DNA from: Candidatus Poribacteria bacterium
GTDB taxonomy: Bacteria; Poribacteria; WGA-4E; WGA-3G
Length of the DNA: 64,000 nucleotides
Direction: 5' to 3'
NCBI GenBank assembly: GCA_965205025.1
Contig: CBDBFU010000015.1
Location: 224,001 to 288,000, forward strand
A program made the translations under genes and the position numbers. Below, in pieces: positions 59,060 to 64,000 of the stretch; position 1 is the stretch's first letter, and every line of letters starts with the position of its first letter. Below the pieces are notes generated by a model. The model did no database searches. It saw only the letters and a list, made by a program, of their open reading frames with translations, and was not told the origin of the DNA.

Positions 59060-60541
59060 CTATTCAGTTGCGTCAATTGTTGCTGCTTGTGGTGCACGTG
59101 TTGGAAAATCTTTCTTCGCTAATGTGTCTTCAGGTACATAACCGGAGTAATCGGAAATCTTACCGTGTGTAAGAGCATAAACGACTACGTTAGTCATGAA
59201 ACGGTAGACACCAGGCGAATAGTGTACACTCCGAGTTGGGAGGCTTACAGCTTCCATTGCGCACATATAATCACGTCTGACAACAATAACGGATAATTTA
59301 TCACCGACCGAGAATCCTTCAAGGTAATTCCGTTTTGGAGGACGTGTACCCCACCAGAAGATGTCGAAACCAACTGGAGGACCACCCATTTCATAGAAAT
59401 TATCATAGATCTCGTGTGAGTTATCAATCCGCTCAATTTGATATTCAGGCATGACATAACGCATTTGTGCGATAAACAAACGTACCATTGCTTGTGCAGG
59501 AGCATTCACACCGCAGTCATCAAACACGAGGAATCCACCTTTTTCAACAAGGTATTTCCGGAGTCCGGCAGCTTCAGCTTCATTGAAACGGCTATCCATT
59601 TTACCGCCACCAAACTGTTTTCCGAGTAGATTCCGTGATCTGGTGAGTGACGGATCGTGACCTGTCATGAACGCGAGAGGCGTTTTAAATAGGTTTGTAT
59701 CAGTCAACTTTAGTGCTCCACCTTCAACGTTAATATCGGCTTTGATCTTAGTTTTCTCATTTAGCCATTTTGTAAGAGCGTTGAGTGAGGAGGAATCTGC
59801 CCACCAATCAGATAGTGTATGTCGAATCCGTGCGAAACGGAGTACACCACGGATGTCTTTACCTTTTCCAATAACCTTTCCACCGGGTTCACCTTTGGGT
59901 AGAGGTGGTACTTCAACATTACCCAGTGTGATACTTTCTGCAACATCACCAAGGGCATCACGGGCAACACCAACATTCTCAACCATTGTGAGTCCAGGTG
60001 GACGTTGGAATGTCACTTTAACTTGTACGGGACTTCCAGCAATACCGCGTGCAATGTTAGCAGGACCAGCGGATGGTGCTGATGCAGCAGGACCGGCGAA
60101 TGCTAAAGCACTTGGGGCATCTGATACAGGCAAATCTGTATGTGTAACTACCTCAGGTACAGGAGCGTTCGGGTTAACAACTTTCGGCACATTTGGATTA
60201 ATCGGTGCATCTACCTTAACGGCTTGGTTAGAAAATTCCAATACCGTCTGTGGAGTTACATTAGGAGTCTTTGGTGCAAAAGCAGTTGTAAGACGTGGTT
60301 GAACTTGAACTTGCTCAACGACAACCGTATTTTCCTGTGGAACAATAGGTTTGATTTCGCGTCGGGGTGTAGGTTTACGAACTTTTGGCTTCGGTGGATC
60401 CGGTGGATCAAACGTCTCCACTCCAACGAGGTCTTTAAAGGTTTGCGTCTTTGTGACTAAATATAGTCCGGCGATCGCAATTAAGATACCGTGGAGTAGG
60501 AGCGAAGTCATCAGTGCGCCTGACGTTCTCTTTGCGCTCAT
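59060..60541 (-). CDS. Membrane-anchored protein with Pro/Ala-rich linker and C-terminal DUF4159-like domain
   Basis: SLLLH TM anchor (TonB-like), PPDPPKPK linker, FMTGH...LRKYLVEKGGFLVFDDC, N.VVYALT. Confidence 0.75.
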   Translation of the reverse strand: MSAKRTSGALMTSLLLHGILIAIAGLYLVTKTQTFKDLVGVETFDPPDPPKPKVRKPTPRREIKPIVPQENTVVVEQVQVQPRLTTAFAPKTPNVTPQTVLEFSNQAVKVDAPINPNVPKVVNPNAPVPEVVTHTDLPVSDAPSALAFAGPAASAPSAGPANIARGIAGSPVQVKVTFQRPPGLTMVENVGVARDALGDVAESITLGNVEVPPLPKGEPGGKVIGKGKDIRGVLRFARIRHTLSDWWADSSSLNALTKWLNEKTKIKADINVEGGALKLTDTNLFKTPLAFMTGHDPSLTRSRNLLGKQFGGGKMDSRFNEAEAAGLRKYLVEKGGFLVFDDCGVNAPAQAMVRLFIAQMRYVMPEYQIERIDNSHEIYDNFYEMGGPPVGFDIFWWGTRPPKRNYLEGFSVGDKLSVIVVRRDYMCAMEAVSLPTRSVHYSPGVYRFMTNVVVYALTHGKISDYSGYVPEDTLAKKDFPTRAPQAATIDATE

Positions 60542-60758
60542 TATTTCACCTCATTAATTTGTAGGTTTTTGAACTTCATAACTAACAATATCATAACTAA
60601 CAATTTGAATAAAAAAGATTTTTGACTTAACCTTACGCTGTTATGTGCAATTTGTATGCCATTAAATAGCGGTGATAATCGTTGATTCTCTCACTTACTG
60701 TTGTAGTAATGCACGTAATTGTACATTATAAAATTTAAGCTGCCCCATTTTGTGCAGC

Positions 60759-61424
60759 TTAATCAACTTTTGCATCTGGATCAGTAAAATAACTACTAAT
60801 AAGCGGTTCTCCCCCACGTTTAGCAATGGCGGGTTGTGTCATACTGTCGACTTCTTGGATCTTCCATTCATCTTTTTTCTTTATAAGATATACTAACGTT
60901 AGTCCAGGATTTTGTCCTTTATAGCACATTGCTCCTTTTGCGCTCGCCTCTAATTCTCTTGCATTGGTCTTTCTTTTTCTTATCCAGAATTCAGAGAATC
61001 GGTCAGTGGGTCCCCATTTAGCACCAGCTGTACCAATTCCTTGCCACAATCCTTCGATGTTTGATTTAATCTTTGGCCAACTTATCACTGGTGGCACCTG
61101 TTCATTTTCACCGCCGGCTACCCATACAACAGCAAATTCAGCATTCGTGGATGTTTCCCATGTTTTTTCTACTGCCTTTATATCGTTGGCATTAAAGGCT
61201 TTATAGAACTCACTGAAGACTTCTTGAATAGCCTTTTTTTCTGCATCAAAATCGATAGGTTTACTTGATGCAACTATCGGTTCTTCGGTTGGGTCTGTTG
61301 AAGTAGTCTCAACCGGTTTCTCAGTTTCTTCTGGATCATCATCACTTCCACATCCAATACAAATAAGACTTGTAATGCTTATAGTGAAGAGGATCACTAA
61401 AAACCATGTAAATTTCTTCTGCAA
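60759..61424 (-). CDS. Lipoprotein with NTF2/SnoaL-like domain
   Basis: Lipobox CIGC, acidic linker, AIQEVFSEFYKAFNANDI, EWKI. Confidence 0.65.
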   Translation of the reverse strand: MQKKFTWFLVILFTISITSLICIGCGSDDDPEETEKPVETTSTDPTEEPIVASSKPIDFDAEKKAIQEVFSEFYKAFNANDIKAVEKTWETSTNAEFAVVWVAGGENEQVPPVISWPKIKSNIEGLWQGIGTAGAKWGPTDRFSEFWIRKRKTNARELEASAKGAMCYKGQNPGLTLVYLIKKKDEWKIQEVDSMTQPAIAKRGGEPLISSYFTDPDAKVD

Positions 61425-61489
61425 TTCTTTGTCTCTCCTTAGTAATATTGTCTAAATACGAATTTAAAATATAACATATTTAACTTGTA

Positions 61490-61518
61490 ATTTTACTATC
61501 TGTGATTAATTATGTCAA
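61490..61518 (-). promoter_or_regulatory. sigma70 promoter
   Basis: TTGACA-17 bp-TAAAAT. Confidence 0.65.
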
Positions 61519-61598
61519 GAAAAATAGTTAATACGGTTTAGGAAAGTTATAGGTAGTTGGTTAGGAACGATATCCGAACCGAGACCAGCATACCTACA

Positions 61599-62717
61599 TT
61601 AGGATTTAGTCCCATCTACAATGTCAACTGTATCGATCACATCTTGTACAGTTATTCTTGCCATACATCCTTCCGAACCCAATTGGCAGACATCCCCACG
61701 ACACGGTGGACAATCCTGTTTCTTCCAAATATAATGGCACTTATCACCGACAGGTCCAAACCGATTTGGATTTCCTGGCCCGAAAAGACCGATAGTTTGA
61801 ACACCAACTGCTGCAGCAAGATGCATTGGTCCACTATCATTTCCGATAAACAGTTTGGATAGTTGTAAAACCGATGCTAACTGAGGTATAGTAGTTAACC
61901 CCGCAATATTGTGTGATTCCCTATTCATAAGTTCTTGTATATTCTGGATAATTTCGATTTCCTCCTTTACACCGACAAATAGAATCAGCGCCCCTGTATT
62001 GTAGATTAACCAATCCCCCAATTCTGCGAAATTCTCAGGTTTCCATCTTTTAATAGCAATAGGTGATCCGGGGTGGATAGCAATAATTGGTAGTTTCGTA
62101 TTAATCTCATGTTCAGATAGAAAAGCAATTGACCAATCACTATTCTCTTTGGCGATAGTAAACGATGTATTCGTTAGGGGTGTTTGGATACCTGCTTTGG
62201 TAAGAACATCAAGATTTCGTGTTGTTTCATGTGTTCCACTAAATTTGTTAAATCCAATCTTGTTGGTAATTTGATAGTAAGCACGACAGAGTCGTTTCGG
62301 TGTGAGTCGAAATAGTGCGAACAAAATTGTACGCCAATCTCCTCGTAGGTCTATGAGCAGATCATATTTCTGTTGATGGAGAAATTTGTAGAGACGAATT
62401 GCATCTGATAATGAAGTAGGTTGTCCGGTTCTGGTAAATGCGGGTGAATTATACTCTAATACCTGTGTAACATTAGGATTGTTTTCAAGAATTACCTGAC
62501 TCCATTTTCCTGTGAGTGCATGTATATCGGAATCGGGATAGGTCTTCTTCAAATTTGAAAATACAGGAGTAGAGAGCAGTACATCGCCAATGTGATCAAG
62601 TTTTATGACGAGTATACGGTTGGGAATGAAGTCTTTCGGGATACGATTACGATAAAACAGGAATTGGACAGTTGCTGAAGCAATAAGGGTGAGTATTTCT
62701 AATATCTGCCTAAACAT
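61599..62717 (-). CDS. Glycosyltransferase family 9 (LPS heptosyltransferase-like)
   Basis: IKLDHIGDVLLSTP, IHPGS..KRW, GNDSGPMHLAAA, LFGP. Confidence 0.92.
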   Translation of the reverse strand: MFRQILEILTLIASATVQFLFYRNRIPKDFIPNRILVIKLDHIGDVLLSTPVFSNLKKTYPDSDIHALTGKWSQVILENNPNVTQVLEYNSPAFTRTGQPTSLSDAIRLYKFLHQQKYDLLIDLRGDWRTILFALFRLTPKRLCRAYYQITNKIGFNKFSGTHETTRNLDVLTKAGIQTPLTNTSFTIAKENSDWSIAFLSEHEINTKLPIIAIHPGSPIAIKRWKPENFAELGDWLIYNTGALILFVGVKEEIEIIQNIQELMNRESHNIAGLTTIPQLASVLQLSKLFIGNDSGPMHLAAAVGVQTIGLFGPGNPNRFGPVGDKCHYIWKKQDCPPCRGDVCQLGSEGCMARITVQDVIDTVDIVDGTKS

Positions 62718-62724
62718 TTCTGGC

Positions 62725-62753
62725 AGTTTAACAGATTATGTGTGAACTGTCAA
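62725..62753 (-). promoter_or_regulatory. sigma70 promoter, probably leaderless transcript
   Basis: TTGACA-17 bp-TAAACT, 7 nt before ATG 62717, no RBS. Confidence 0.6.
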
Positions 62754-62840
62754 AATAATTTACTGTCCACTTTCTAAGGATCAGACTCATTTCCTCTAAC
62801 TCCTTTGAAAAATCGCTTATAGACATAAAGTTAAATAATA

Positions 62841-62995
62841 ATTAACGCATGTGATTCACGGAAAATTGATACACTTAAATTATAAACCTTTATAGAATAA
62901 GGGTTTGTAAAATTGCTCCGTGAAGGTTTCCGTGAAAGTACAATCATCTCAAGCCACCAAATATTAACACATTTTTCCGATTACATTATCCATAC
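62841..62995 (-). repeat. ~150-bp dispersed repeat, copy B
   Basis: Inverted homolog of 38345-38499. Confidence 0.85.
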
Positions 62996-63272
62996 ATGTA
63001 AAATAATTAGGCATTTTATTTCAATTTGAAAGTATAAGTAGCGTTTGTGGAATCCAGAGTTTAGAGAAAAGGATTATCAGATAGAAAACGGGGGATTGAA
63101 GTGAATGTAAACATTGTAACCCAAAGATGTAATCAAACATCTTTGAGATAGTAGGAACAGGTATCACTACAGTACTGAAGTAGCATTGTTTGTCAATATA
63201 TTTCTTGAGATTAATATTGATATACAGATACAATAGCAGCGTAATGATTAGTGTCAAAACTTTACACACCCC

Positions 63273-63347
63273 AAGGCAAAAGTCGTCAATTTCACAGAAA
63301 AGTGTTAAGATATCCATATCCATTCTACATCCGTTGACATACGTCAA
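63273..63347 (-). pseudogene. 5' fragment of an IS982-family transposase
   Basis: MDILTLFCEIDDFC is a typical IS982 N-terminus; interrupted at GGGGTGTGTAAAGTT. Confidence 0.65.
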
Positions 63348-63461
63348 TTAAATATGCTATCATTCTCATAAAGGTAGTTAGATGAATCCGAATTGCATCT
63401 AACCATGTTATATCGTCCAACATTGAGAGAATACATTTGAAACGTTTCAAGGATATAACCA

Positions 63462-63863
63462 GTGAGTCCGATAGCACAAAAGACTCTTTTTGATCTAACC
63501 CAAGATGGATTGGTCATAGGGAATAAACTTAAACCTTTATATCCTGATTTTGATGTTTCTGCTTTTGTCTCCGATGTACGTAAAGAGATGCAGAATCAGA
63601 CAATCTACAACGTAACAAATGCCATTGGCAAGGTCTTACGTCAACACCTACCTCAGAATTATCCAGAAGCACTCTCCATTCTTATGGAGTATATAAATAT
63701 AGAATCCCCCTCAACTCCCTGTAAAAACCTATCACCCGAAGTAGAACTAAGTTTACGACCTATTTCTCATTTCCTAAGTTTATACGGTCTTGAAGATTTT
63801 AAAGCATCTTTGCATGCATTCGGTTTGATGTTGTTGCTCCAAATAAATAGATCAATAGTGTAG
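63462..63863 (+). pseudogene. Truncated DNA alkylation repair (AlkC/COG4335-like) protein
   Basis: YPDFD...F, LRQHLP.NYPEAL.IL, YGLEDF.ASL then an abrupt unrelated tail; full-length family members are much longer. Confidence 0.6.
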
Positions 63864-63907
63864 AATCAATCTAATCCTCAAATAACACTTTATAGGAAAT
63901 AACAGAT

Positions 63908-64000
63908 ATGACAGGTGAAGAAAAGTTTCAAGTGGATCTTGAAGGTTATCTCATTATAAAGAACGTTCTAAATGATGATGAAATTCAAGAGATGAATGCA
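63908..64000 (+). CDS. PhyH family dioxygenase, N-terminus only (runs off the window)
   Basis: MTGEEKFQVDLEGYLIIKNVLNDDEI. Confidence 0.7.
   Translation, partial: MTGEEKFQVDLEGYLIIKNVLNDDEIQEMNA

Noticed and set aside
59667-60302. 211-aa plus-strand ORF
   Set aside because: Antisense shadow of the Pro/Ala-rich DUF4159-like gene; no motifs

Overview
AT-rich bacterial chromosomal window. It is most likely from Candidatus Poribacteria; this is an inference from the LamG proteins ending in 'VxPxxKLxTVWGxLK', three PhyH dioxygenases, two sulfatase-family genes and the beta-propellers. Core content: cydAB, an ffh-rpsP-khpA-trmD-rplS-rnhB-yraN operon lacking rimM, tRNA-Phe and tRNA-Thr, queG, pheA, dsbD and a GT9 heptosyltransferase. 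Between about 5.6 and 11.3 kb, many single-base insertions break genes, including essential ffh; these are most likely assembly errors. Highlights: (1) A ~15.6-kb minus-strand cluster (21449-37059) combines an EhpF-like adenylating enzyme, an EhpG-like reductase, an Fe-ADH, a HemN-like radical SAM enzyme, a PaaK-like ligase, a flavin halogenase-like enzyme and three PQQ-type beta-propellers, with no phenazine core genes in the window. It is a candidate orphan pathway for a small molecule or cofactor. (2) An 81-aa DUF5069-like gene missing from the ORF track (48783-49028, minus) has an in-frame TGA at the family's Cys position followed by a SECIS-like hairpin, so it is a probable selenoprotein. 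(3) An operon encodes a TPR lipoprotein, a CsgG-like lipoprotein, a peptidase-propeller-Omp85 fusion and UPF0182. (4) Tandem LamG proteins share a putative C-terminal sorting motif. (5) A PorX-like protein has a degenerate receiver domain. (6) An IS630 element has matching MITEs, alongside other MITE, REP and IS982 relics. All family assignments come from motif recognition by eye; no database searches were run.
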